A DNA stretch of 64,000 bases from an uncultured Verrucomicrobiae bacterium (GTDB lineage: Bacteria; Verrucomicrobiota; Verrucomicrobiia; Opitutales; JABDGR01): NCBI GenBank assembly GCA_963765205.1, contig CAVXVB010000007.1, positions 320,001-384,000 on the forward strand, in the 5' to 3' direction. This document shows positions 55,247 through 64,000 of the stretch, in pieces. Each line of letters starts with the position of its first letter. Within the stretch, counting starts at the first letter, position 1. The notes under the pieces are model-generated. The model worked only from the letters and a program-made list of their open reading frames with translations. It was not told the DNA's origin and did not search any database. Both the position numbers and the translations under genes were made by a program.

Positions 55247-56290
55247 TTACTTAACCACGCCGGCGCGTTCCCGAATCCGCCCCACCGCCCACTGGGCGTG
55301 TTCGGCGATGATGGGGTCGGGGTCGCATGCGGCGATGTTGAGCGCGGGCAGGTCGTCCGCGCCGCCGATGTTGCCGAGGACGATGGCGGCATTGCGCTTA
55401 AGGCGGGGCAATTTCAGGCGGGCGAGCGGTGTTCCTTGCGTGTGCGCGCGGAAATCGTCCTCGTTACACGCCAGCATCGCGCGCAGATCGGGATACTCAC
55501 GCGGGGCCAGCGCCGCTTCGCGCGTGGCGACCGCCCATTTGTTCCACGGGCAAACGTCAAGGCAGTCGTCGCAGCCGAACAGCCGGTCGCCGACGGCGGC
55601 GCGGAATTCCTCCGGGAGGGGGCCGTGGTGCTCGATGAGCAGGTAGGCGAGGCAGCGCCGCGCGTCGAGTTGGTAGGGCGCGGTGATGGCGCGCGTCGGG
55701 CACACGTCCACGCACGCGGTGCAGGCGCCGCAATGGTCGCGCATCGGCTCGTCGGGCGGCAATTCGAGCGTGGTGGCGACCACGCCGAGCAGCAGCCAGG
55801 TGCCGAGCTTGGGATGAATGAGCAGGGTATTTTTCCCCTGCCAGCCCAGCCCGGCCTGGGCCGCGAGCGGCTTCTCCAAAATCGGCCCCGTGTCCACGTA
55901 GGCGCGGCTTTCGCCGCCGTGTTCGCGCACCACGGCCGCGAGTCGGCGCAGGCGCTTGAGCATGAGGTTATGGTAGTCCCGCCCCAGCGCATATTTGGCG
56001 ATGCGGTAGCGCCGCGGCGGCTCCGTCTGATAATAATTCATCCCGACAAATATTAAACTCTTCGCCCGCGGCCCGCCCTCCGGCGCGGTCAGCAATTTCT
56101 CCGGCGCGAGCCGGCGGTCGTTGTTGCGCTCCAGCCACGTCATGCCGGCATTTTGCCCCTCGGCCAGCCAGCGCGCAAAATACTCCCGCCGCAGCGGCGC
56201 GCTCGTGGCCGCCACGCCGAACGCGGCGAAGCCCAGCCGCGCCGCCTCCGCGCGCAGGAGTTCCTTGAGTTGCACCGGGGAAACCGCCAT
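55247..56290 (-). CDS. queG: Epoxyqueuosine reductase
   Basis: YA.GRDYH, VDTGP.LEK, AGLGW.GKN, CG.C.AC...CPT, FGCD.C..VCPWN. Confidence 0.95.
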   Translation of the reverse strand: MAVSPVQLKELLRAEAARLGFAAFGVAATSAPLRREYFARWLAEGQNAGMTWLERNNDRRLAPEKLLTAPEGGPRAKSLIFVGMNYYQTEPPRRYRIAKYALGRDYHNLMLKRLRRLAAVVREHGGESRAYVDTGPILEKPLAAQAGLGWQGKNTLLIHPKLGTWLLLGVVATTLELPPDEPMRDHCGACTACVDVCPTRAITAPYQLDARRCLAYLLIEHHGPLPEEFRAAVGDRLFGCDDCLDVCPWNKWAVATREAALAPREYPDLRAMLACNEDDFRAHTQGTPLARLKLPRLKRNAAIVLGNIGGADDLPALNIAACDPDPIIAEHAQWAVGRIRERAGVVK

Positions 56291-56326
56291 GCCGCCAGCC
56301 TAACGCCTCGTCGCAAATTTGGCAGT

Positions 56327-57736
56327 TTAATTAGCGGGCTGCGCCGGCGCAGCCGGTGCGGGTTTTTGAAGCTCCAAAGCCAGCGTGGGTTGTTCCTTGT
56401 CGGTAAAGGGATCAACGTCGTCCGGATTGGGCACGGATTTAACCAAATACTTGCTGCCCCCGTTGTCTTTGAGCGAAACACCGACGGAATAAACCAGGCC
56501 CCGCGCCGCATCGTAGCGCAACGGCTGGCCGTCAAAGGGGTCCATTGGCACTTCGGGAATATATTGCGGCACCAGCTCGGCCAGTTTCGCCGGCAGGGCG
56601 TGGTGGTCGTCGTAATAGTGGCGCAGGGCAAAGCCGGCCTGCATTAAGCGATCGGTCGCGGTAGCTTGATATGCCGTTCCAAGAATGCTAGCAAGTTGCG
56701 GCAAGTTGATGGAGAGAAAATAGCGACCTCCTCCATTGGGCAATAGAATTTCCCACGGCGATATTTTCCTGTCGGCTTCGGTCAACGCCTCCGACTTTTC
56801 CCGTAGCAACGCCGCATAGGTTAATTCGGCCCCGGTTACGCCGGCCCGAAAATATTCCGCGGTTATATATCTCGTCTCGTTAAGCTTGATATTGGATACA
56901 ATGAGACGCCAAGCCCAATTGTCTTGGCTGTCACTCAGCTTGGCGACGACTTCCGGATGTATCATTGCTGTGTTTAGGCACGCAAGAGAGTATTGGTATT
57001 CGAGTCGAAAGGCTTGTTGATAACAGGGAGTCCAATCAGTTTCTTGCCCAAAAACATGGGCGAGGGAAGCAATCATGGCGGAAGAAGCTTGGGGATCGTT
57101 CAACCAGCGTATGGCTTCCCTTTGTACCAAATGGTTAATAGTCACGGCGGTAAGCGCATGGAGGATCATGCCATGACTTCCTGCCAAACGGTCACTCAGT
57201 TGTTTGGCCAGCAGGATTTGTCGCACGGCGGTTTCATAATCGCCTAGATTCTTGGCCTGCCGCGCCGTGAGTAGCAAAGACTTGCCGCTGTTGAGCAAGG
57301 GTGCGACAGGAGCCAGAGTATCAACATGCACTTGACTTGAAAATTCAAAGTAAGGTTGCGTAACGGCGGCCTCGACTTGGGCCAGCGCCGGTTGCGCCTG
57401 AGCCAAAAACGCGGAGATGAGTGCCTCGTTCGCCTGTTCGCCCAATAGAATTTTCCTCGCGGTTTCATCATCAACATCATGGGCATTAGCGAAAAGGACA
57501 AAGTCGAGTTGGGCAAGAGTGGATTTATCGAATTTCTCAATCGCATGTAGGCCATTCTGTTGGTCGGGCACGGTGGGGCTGGTGACCAGCAAGTCTGCGT
57601 CGTCGGGCAACGTCCTATCGTAGACGTAGACATATCCGATGGCACTATAGATGGCCACGGCAAAAATCACCGCCCCCGCCAGCAACCACAGCAGGGCGCG
57701 GTTGCGGCGCGGTTTTGGTTTGGGGGTGGCGGCCAT
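56327..57736 (-). CDS. Hypothetical membrane-anchored protein with pseudopilin-like C-terminal motif
   Basis: N-terminal TM; C-terminal LP..L.ELVP.Y...VP.DPF.G.PL.Y......YSVG...D.GG; lower-GC core. Confidence 0.75.
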   Translation of the reverse strand: MAATPKPKPRRNRALLWLLAGAVIFAVAIYSAIGYVYVYDRTLPDDADLLVTSPTVPDQQNGLHAIEKFDKSTLAQLDFVLFANAHDVDDETARKILLGEQANEALISAFLAQAQPALAQVEAAVTQPYFEFSSQVHVDTLAPVAPLLNSGKSLLLTARQAKNLGDYETAVRQILLAKQLSDRLAGSHGMILHALTAVTINHLVQREAIRWLNDPQASSAMIASLAHVFGQETDWTPCYQQAFRLEYQYSLACLNTAMIHPEVVAKLSDSQDNWAWRLIVSNIKLNETRYITAEYFRAGVTGAELTYAALLREKSEALTEADRKISPWEILLPNGGGRYFLSINLPQLASILGTAYQATATDRLMQAGFALRHYYDDHHALPAKLAELVPQYIPEVPMDPFDGQPLRYDAARGLVYSVGVSLKDNGGSKYLVKSVPNPDDVDPFTDKEQPTLALELQKPAPAAPAQPAN

Positions 57737-57869
57737 GCCCCAGCGTAACACTCGGCGAAATTCCGAGTAAAGAAGGAATAAGCAACGTCCAGCATCGCGT
57801 GGCCTGATTTTCCCGACCCCGCCCTTTTTCCTTCTTAATTCTTAAATCTTAATTCATAATTCCCCTCCC

Positions 57870-59354
57870 ATGCTCGCCGCCATTTCCACTGCCCCCGCCG
57901 TCTTGCTGGCCGAGCCGGCACATTGGGCGCACGACGTGTGGCTGATCGCCCTGGATTTGCTCGGGCAGCACTTGCGCATCTTCATCGGCTTTGTGCTGGC
58001 GCTGCTGATTGGCGCGCGGCTGATGCTGGAAAAACGCACGCCGAGCAACGTGTTCGCCTGGGGGCTGCTCATTTTTTTCATCCCCTGGCTCGGCGTGCCG
58101 CTGTATTTTTTGTTTGGCGGCTACAAAATCCGCGGACTGATGCGGACGAAGCTCCAGGTCAACGCCTTCGCCGTGCAACTGGCCGCGGGCCTCGCAGTGG
58201 TGTCGCCGCCGCCGGCCAGCACGCGGGCGCTGGTTTCGTCCCGGCGCAAGTTCGCGCACAATTCCTTCGCGATGCAGCCCGACGGCGTCACGGCCTTCCA
58301 GGCGCTGCGTGCGGAAATCGCCCGCGCTGAAAAAACAATCCATTTACAAACCTTTATTTTCGGGCACGACGAGCCGGCGCGCCAGATCATGGATGATTTG
58401 ACGGCCCGCGCCCGCGCCGGCGTCGAGGTAAAGCTCCTGCTCGATTCGCTCGGCAGTTTCGGCGCATGGGGGCGATTGGCCGGGCCGCTGCGGCGCGCGG
58501 GCGGGCGCGTGGTGCGCTTCCTGCCCGTGCTGCCGCTGCAAACCAAAGGCTCGGCCAATCTGCGCAACCACCGCAAGTTCGCGATTTTCGACCGCGAGCG
58601 CGTCCTCGTCGGCGGCCAGAACATTGACCGGCGCTTCATGGACGCCCACGAAAACCCCGGCCTCTTTGTGGATTTCGGCGCGCTGATCGCGGGGCCGGTC
58701 GCGGCGGAGTTCAACCGGAATTTTGTCAGCGACTGGTGCTTTGCCTCCGGCGATTCGCCGCGGGATTTTAGCGACTTGCTCGCCTACGCGCCCCCCGCGC
58801 GCGGCGACGAGCAGGTCGAGGTCGTCGCCAGCGGGCCGGACGTCGCGGGCGACGTGCTCTGGGAACGCCTGCTGATCCTGACCCAGCAATGCAAGCGCGA
58901 GCTGACGATTGTAACGCCCTATTTCATCCCCGACGAGGTGCTGTTCCGCTCGCTGCTCATCCAGGCGCACCTGGGCCGGCGCGTGCGGCTGATTCTGCCG
59001 GAAAACTCGAACCACCTCCTCGCTGATTTCGCGCGACACTATTATTTGCGCCAGTTGCACGACGCCGGGGTCGCGGTGCTGCTCTACCGCCCGAAGATGA
59101 TGCACGCCAAACTTGTGCTGGTGGACGGCGAAGTCGCGCTCATGGGCTCGGCCAACATGGATTTGCGCAGCTTGTTCGTCAATTTCGAGATCGGCGTATT
59201 TCTCTATTCGCCCGAACCCATCCGCCAACTGACCGCGTGGACCGAGACGATTTGCCGTGATTGCGTCACCTACCTCGATTCCGGCCACGCCGGCGCCGGG
59301 GCCAACCGGCGGCTCATGGAGGATTTCGCGCATTTGCTCGGGCCGCTGTTGTGA
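57870..59354 (+). CDS. cls: Cardiolipin synthase
   Basis: Two N-terminal TMs, RNHRK..I.D and MHAK..LVD HKD motifs, SGPD, TPYFIPD, GSAN.D.RS. Confidence 0.93.
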   Translation: MLAAISTAPAVLLAEPAHWAHDVWLIALDLLGQHLRIFIGFVLALLIGARLMLEKRTPSNVFAWGLLIFFIPWLGVPLYFLFGGYKIRGLMRTKLQVNAFAVQLAAGLAVVSPPPASTRALVSSRRKFAHNSFAMQPDGVTAFQALRAEIARAEKTIHLQTFIFGHDEPARQIMDDLTARARAGVEVKLLLDSLGSFGAWGRLAGPLRRAGGRVVRFLPVLPLQTKGSANLRNHRKFAIFDRERVLVGGQNIDRRFMDAHENPGLFVDFGALIAGPVAAEFNRNFVSDWCFASGDSPRDFSDLLAYAPPARGDEQVEVVASGPDVAGDVLWERLLILTQQCKRELTIVTPYFIPDEVLFRSLLIQAHLGRRVRLILPENSNHLLADFARHYYLRQLHDAGVAVLLYRPKMMHAKLVLVDGEVALMGSANMDLRSLFVNFEIGVFLYSPEPIRQLTAWTETICRDCVTYLDSGHAGAGANRRLMEDFAHLLGPLL

Positions 59355-59483
59355 GGTCAAACTGGCCCAGCGGCGCTGTCCCTGTCGCGTTCTTGTAACT
59401 TGATTCGCGTGCTAATGCCTTGCGGCGGCGCGGCGTTGCCCTCAATGTCAGTGGGTTGGCGTTGATGTCTTCGTTGACCGTGT

Positions 59484-60710
59484 ATGAAATCCGGAAAGCA
59501 AAATTCTCCATTGAGCCTCCTGTTGGCCGTCAATGGCGGATCCTCGAGCTTGAAATTTGCCTTGTTTAGCGATGGCCATCCACCCACGCGGCGAATGGCG
59601 GGCGAGATCGAGCGCATCGGCTTGCCCACAGCGCGGTTTTCGCACCGCGTGGGCGCGCACACGCCCAAGAAAACCCAATCGCTGGTCGCGCCGAACCATC
59701 GGGTGGCGGCGGATTTCTTGATCCGCTGGCTCCGCCGGCAGGTTGGCTTGGAAAAAATTACCGCAGTGGGGCATCGCATCGTTCACGGTGGCGCCCGGTT
59801 TACCGAGCCTGTGCTCGTCACGCCAAAGTTATTAAAGGAACTGCGCCGCTTGAGTCCTTTTGACCTCGAACACCTGCCGGCGGAACTGGCGTTGCTGGAA
59901 ACTTTCCACCGGCAGTGGCCCGCGGTGCCGCAAGTGGCGTGTTTTGACACGGCCTTCCATCACGATCTGCCCCGGGTGGCCCAAATGCTCCCGCTCCCGC
60001 GCCGCTTGGAGGCCAAGGGCGTGCGGCGCTACGGCTTTCATGGCCTTTCCTACGAATACCTGCTGGAAGAATTGACCCGGTTGGCCGGTTCCCGGGTCGC
60101 GCAGGGCCGGTTGGTGCTGGCGCACTTGGGCAATGGCGCGAGCATGGCGGCGGTGCAGGGCGGTAAATGCCAGGACACCAGCATGGCCTTCACGCCGGCG
60201 GCCGGCCTGCCCATGAGCACCCGCTCGGGAGATTTGGATCCCGGCCTGGTTTGGTTTCTGGCGCGAACCGAAAAAATGACGCCCCGGCAGTTTAACGATA
60301 TGGTCACCAAGGAATCCGGCCTGCTCGGCCTTTCCGAAACCAGTTCCGACATGCGCGACCTGCTCGTGCGCGAGGCCGCCGACCCGCGGGCTGCGGAGGC
60401 CGTCGCGCTGTTCTGTTACCAGGCCCGGAAATGGATTGGCGCCTACGCCGCCGCGCTCGGAGGGCTGGACACGCTCGTGTTCGCCGGCGGTATTGGAGAA
60501 AACGCCCCGGCCATCCGTGAACGAATTTGCGCGCGCCTGGATTTCCTGGGCATCGTCCTGGACCGGCCCAAAAACAATAAAAACAGCGGCATCATTTCCG
60601 CCCGCGCCAGCCGGGTCACCGTTCGCATCATCCCCACGGATGAAGAGGTGGTAATCGCCCGCGCAACTCGTGCTATATTGGAACAGTCGTCCCAACCTCC
60701 CTCGCCATGA
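59484..60710 (+). CDS. ackA: Acetate kinase
   Basis: [54 protein letters not shown]. Confidence 0.95.
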   Translation: MKSGKQNSPLSLLLAVNGGSSSLKFALFSDGHPPTRRMAGEIERIGLPTARFSHRVGAHTPKKTQSLVAPNHRVAADFLIRWLRRQVGLEKITAVGHRIVHGGARFTEPVLVTPKLLKELRRLSPFDLEHLPAELALLETFHRQWPAVPQVACFDTAFHHDLPRVAQMLPLPRRLEAKGVRRYGFHGLSYEYLLEELTRLAGSRVAQGRLVLAHLGNGASMAAVQGGKCQDTSMAFTPAAGLPMSTRSGDLDPGLVWFLARTEKMTPRQFNDMVTKESGLLGLSETSSDMRDLLVREAADPRAAEAVALFCYQARKWIGAYAAALGGLDTLVFAGGIGENAPAIRERICARLDFLGIVLDRPKNNKNSGIISARASRVTVRIIPTDEEVVIARATRAILEQSSQPPSP

Positions 60711-63094
60711 ATAATCCCCTGACCGAAAACGAACTGAAGCGCCTGGATGCCTATTGGCGCGCGGCCAACTACCTCGCAGTCGGGCAGATTTATCTTTATG
60801 ATAATCCGCTGCTCAAGCGCCCGCTGGCGCTCGCGGACGTGAAGCACATGCTGCTCGGGCACTGGGGCACGACCCCTGGACAGAACTTTATATACGCGCA
60901 CCTGAACCGGGTGATCAAGAAATATGACCTCGACATGATTTATGTTTCCGGCCCCGGCCACGGCGGCCCGGCTGTCGTGGGCAACACCTACCTCGAAGGC
61001 ACTTACAGCGAGATCTACCCCAACATCAGCCAGGATGAAGCCGGGCTGCGGAAGTTGTTTTTGCAGTTTTCATTTCCCGGCGGGATTCCCAGTCATGCTT
61101 CGCCGGAGACGCCCGGCTCAATCCATGAGGGCGGCGAGCTGGGTTATTCGCTCAGCCATTCGTTCGGCGCGGTGTTTGACAATCCTGATCTCATCGTCGC
61201 CTGCGTCGTCGGCGATGGCGAGGCGGAAACCGGGCCGCTGGCCACCGCGTGGCATTCCAACAAGTTTCTCAATCCGGCCACCGATGGCGCGGTGCTGCCC
61301 ATCCTGCATCTCAACGGCTACAAAATTTCCAACCCGACCATTCTCGCCCGCATCACGCGCGTGGAATTGGAACAGTTGCTCTGCGGCTATGGGTGGACGC
61401 CCTATTTTGTCGAGGGCCATGAGCCCGGGCCGATGCACGCGGCCATGGCCGCCACGCTCGATATCGCCGTCGAGCAGATCAAAAAAATACAGCAGGACGC
61501 CCGCGGCCACGGCAACCTCACGCGCCCGCGCTGGCCGATGATCGTCCTCAATTCGCCCAAGGGCTGGACGGGGCCGAAGATGGTTGATGGACTCCAAGTT
61601 GAAGGCACCTTTCGTTCGCACCAGGTGCCGCTCTCCGACCCGGCGGCGCATCCCGAACACCTCAAGCTCTTGGAAGACTGGCTGCGGAGCTACCGGCCGG
61701 AAGAACTTTTCGACGAACAGGGCCGACTGAAACCGGAACTGGCCGAACTGGCGCCCAAGGGCGAACGGCGCATGGGTGCGAATCCCCATGCCAACGGCGG
61801 CATCCTGCTGCGCGACCTGCGAATGCCGGATTTTTGCGACTACGCCGCGGACGTGCCGGCGCCGGGCGTGCCCGGCATTGGCGACACCCATGTGCTCGGG
61901 GCTTTCCTGCGCGATGTGGCGAAGCTCAACCACGAGCAGCGCAATTTCCGCGTCTTTGGTCCGGACGAGACGCTCTCCAACGGCCTCGAGAAAATTTTTG
62001 ATGTGACCCAGCGCCAATGGGACGCCGCGACCGTGCCCAACGACGAATTTCTGGCCCCCGCCGGCCGCGTGATGGAAATGCTCAGCGAGCACCAATGCGA
62101 AGGCTGGCTCGAAGGCTACCTGTTGACCGGGCGGCATGGGCTGTTTAATTGCTACGAGGCGTTCATCCACATCGTGGATTCGATGTTCAACCAGCACGCC
62201 AAGTGGCTGAAGGTCACCTCGCATCTGCCGTGGCGGCGGAAAATCGCCTCGCTGAATTACCTGCTGGCCTCGCACGTCTGGCGGCAGGATCACAACGGCT
62301 TCACGCACCAGGACCCCGGCTTCATTGACCATGTTGTGAACAAGAAGGCCGAGGTCGTGCGCGTTTATTTGCCGCCCGACGCGAACTGCCTGCTGTCCGT
62401 GATGGACCACTGCCTGCGCAGCCGCCATTACGTCAACGTCGTCATCGCGGGTAAACATCCCGCGCCGCAATGGCTGGCGATGGACGCCGCCATCGAACAT
62501 TGCACGCAGGGCATCGGCATCTGGCCGTGGGCGAGCAACGACGACGGCGCCGCGCCCGACGTCGTCATGGCCTGCTGTGGCGACGTGCCCACGCTCGAGA
62601 CGCTCGCCGCCGCCTCCATTTTGCGCGAGCATTTGCCCGTCCTGAAAGTCCGCGTGGTCAATGTGGTGGACCTGATGAAGCTCCAGCCGCAACTCGAGCA
62701 CCCGCACGGGTTGAGCGACATGGATTTCGACGAGCTGTTCACCAAGGACAAGCCGGTCATCTTCGCCTTTCATGCCTACCCGTGGCTCATCCACCGGCTG
62801 ACGTACCGCCGCACCAACCATGATAACATCCACGTCCGCGGCTACAAGGAAGAGGGCACCATTACCACGCCCTTCGACATGACCGTGCTGAACGAACTCG
62901 ACCGCTTCCACCTTGTGATGGATGCGATTGACCGCCTGCCGCAGACCGGCGAACCGGGCCTCTATTTGAAGCGTCAGCTCAAAGCCAAGTTGATTGAACA
63001 CAAGCTCTACATTGACAAAAACGGCCAGGACCTGCCGGAGATTCGGAACTGGAAATGGCCCGGAACCATCCCGCAAAGAACCGAAGCAAAATGA
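60707..63094 (+). CDS. xfp: Phosphoketolase (XFP family)
   Basis: [51 protein letters not shown] overlap with ackA. Confidence 0.97.
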   Translation: MNNPLTENELKRLDAYWRAANYLAVGQIYLYDNPLLKRPLALADVKHMLLGHWGTTPGQNFIYAHLNRVIKKYDLDMIYVSGPGHGGPAVVGNTYLEGTYSEIYPNISQDEAGLRKLFLQFSFPGGIPSHASPETPGSIHEGGELGYSLSHSFGAVFDNPDLIVACVVGDGEAETGPLATAWHSNKFLNPATDGAVLPILHLNGYKISNPTILARITRVELEQLLCGYGWTPYFVEGHEPGPMHAAMAATLDIAVEQIKKIQQDARGHGNLTRPRWPMIVLNSPKGWTGPKMVDGLQVEGTFRSHQVPLSDPAAHPEHLKLLEDWLRSYRPEELFDEQGRLKPELAELAPKGERRMGANPHANGGILLRDLRMPDFCDYAADVPAPGVPGIGDTHVLGAFLRDVAKLNHEQRNFRVFGPDETLSNGLEKIFDVTQRQWDAATVPNDEFLAPAGRVMEMLSEHQCEGWLEGYLLTGRHGLFNCYEAFIHIVDSMFNQHAKWLKVTSHLPWRRKIASLNYLLASHVWRQDHNGFTHQDPGFIDHVVNKKAEVVRVYLPPDANCLLSVMDHCLRSRHYVNVVIAGKHPAPQWLAMDAAIEHCTQGIGIWPWASNDDGAAPDVVMACCGDVPTLETLAAASILREHLPVLKVRVVNVVDLMKLQPQLEHPHGLSDMDFDELFTKDKPVIFAFHAYPWLIHRLTYRRTNHDNIHVRGYKEEGTITTPFDMTVLNELDRFHLVMDAIDRLPQTGEPGLYLKRQLKAKLIEHKLYIDKNGQDLPEIRNWKWPGTIPQRTEAK

Positions 63095-63162
63095 ACCCGA
63101 CCCCCTGAATTTCAGGGTTGGATTGGAACGCGGATTTGTTTAAGTTCACAAAAAAGCCGCTT

Positions 63163-63507
63163 ATGGAACTAAAAATCATCCGGTCGGACGACCACGTCAC
63201 CCACGTCGTGCTGGCGGGCAAGCTCGACCTCGCGGGCGTGCAGCAGATCGAAATGAAATTCACCGCCGTGGTCGCCTCGCGCGGCAAGCCCGCCGTCGTG
63301 GATTTGTCCGAGACCACCTATCTCGCCTCGCTCGGCTTGCGCATCCTGCTGTCCACGGCGCGCGCGCTGGCCGGCCGCGGCGCGAAGCTGGTGTTGCTCA
63401 ATCCGACCGAGCCGGTTTTGCAAGTGCTTCAGTTGGGAAAACTTGAAGCCATCATGCCGGTGGAGACCGACCTCGCGCACGCGCTGGCCACGGCGGGCGT
63501 GAAGTAA
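63163..63507 (+). CDS. STAS domain protein (anti-sigma factor antagonist)
   Basis: L.GKLD, VVDLS..TY.AS.GLR.LL, G.KLVL. Confidence 0.9.
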   Translation: MELKIIRSDDHVTHVVLAGKLDLAGVQQIEMKFTAVVASRGKPAVVDLSETTYLASLGLRILLSTARALAGRGAKLVLLNPTEPVLQVLQLGKLEAIMPVETDLAHALATAGVK

Positions 63508-63609
63508 TCGGGCAAAATAATATGGCAGCGGGCGGCGGCCTTTCACCTCCCGCTTTCACCCACCAATTCTTTCTTCGCCTTTCCGGTTTTCTTGTGTTAG
63601 CAAGCCGCC

Positions 63610-63954
63610 ATGCCGGACAAGACCATCTTCCAGCGCCTTATCGAGCGCGAAATCCCCAGTAGCGCCGTTTACGAGGATGACGTGTGCTACGCATTCCGCG
63701 ACATTAACCCGCAGGCGCCCACGCACATCCTCCTCATTCCGAAAAAACCCATTGCGCGCCTCAACGAGGCCAGCCCCGCCGACCAGTCGCTGCTGGGCCA
63801 TTTGTTGCTGACGGCGGCGCGCATCGCCCGCGATCTCAACCTGGGCCGCGGCTACCGCGTCGTCATCAACAGCGGCGCCGACGGCGGCGAGACCGTGCCG
63901 CATTTGCATCTGCATCTCCTCGCGGGCCGCTCGCTGCGCTGGCCGCCGGGATAG
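63610..63954 (+). CDS. Histidine triad (HIT) nucleotide-binding protein
   Basis: TIF...I..EIP, AF.DI.PQAP.H.L.IPK, HLHLH.L.GR...WPPG. Confidence 0.95.
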   Translation: MPDKTIFQRLIEREIPSSAVYEDDVCYAFRDINPQAPTHILLIPKKPIARLNEASPADQSLLGHLLLTAARIARDLNLGRGYRVVINSGADGGETVPHLHLHLLAGRSLRWPPG

Positions 63955-63963
63955 AGAAATTTT

Positions 63964-63991
63964 AACCATGGAGAGCACAGAGGACACGGAG
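63964..63991. repeat. 9-nt-period arm (CACGGAG family) at the window edge
   Basis: AACCATGGAGAGCACAGAGGACACGGAG. Confidence 0.75.
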
Positions 63992-64000
63992 AGTTTGTAA

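Noticed and set aside
55161..57873. Composite transposon bounded by the ATTAAGA inverted repeats
   Set aside because: No transposase or target duplication; the repeats run into the start codons of core genes and enclose the core gene queG

Overview
GC-rich bacterial chromosome segment. Gene content, intergenic repeat style and the DPxAAxAW-repeat proteins suggest Verrucomicrobiota (Opitutae-like); this is inference, not a database result. It is mostly housekeeping: tRNA-Leu(TAA), a divergent sigma-70 factor, nadD, rsfS, lpxA, pdxA, aroB, trpG/pabA, nrdR, uvrC, cinA, clpB, mutL, glgP, carB, birA, queG, cls, ackA-xfp and a HIT gene. Accessory genes include secreted esterases, two Tat-exported proteins, a two-component cluster, a MacAB-like ABC exporter, toxin-antitoxin genes and a GT17 glycosyltransferase. 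About ten genes carry single-base frameshifts that most likely reflect sequencing indels. The most interesting signals are non-coding. (1) Accessory genes repeatedly carry a duplicated copy of the 5' leader/start region of a neighbouring gene (13318/14742, 49788/50327, 56286/57732, and inverted at 55161/57831); one pair shows a compensatory base change in a hairpin covering the RBS and start codon. (2) A 788-bp transposase-less IS1-like element with 18-bp TIRs and a perfect 8-bp TSD carries a passenger gene ending in half an integron attC site. (3) More than 20 short-period (7/8/9-nt) repeat arms, often paired as hairpins and nested, abut start codons and have entered the reading frames of mutL, yyaL, lpxA and pdxA.
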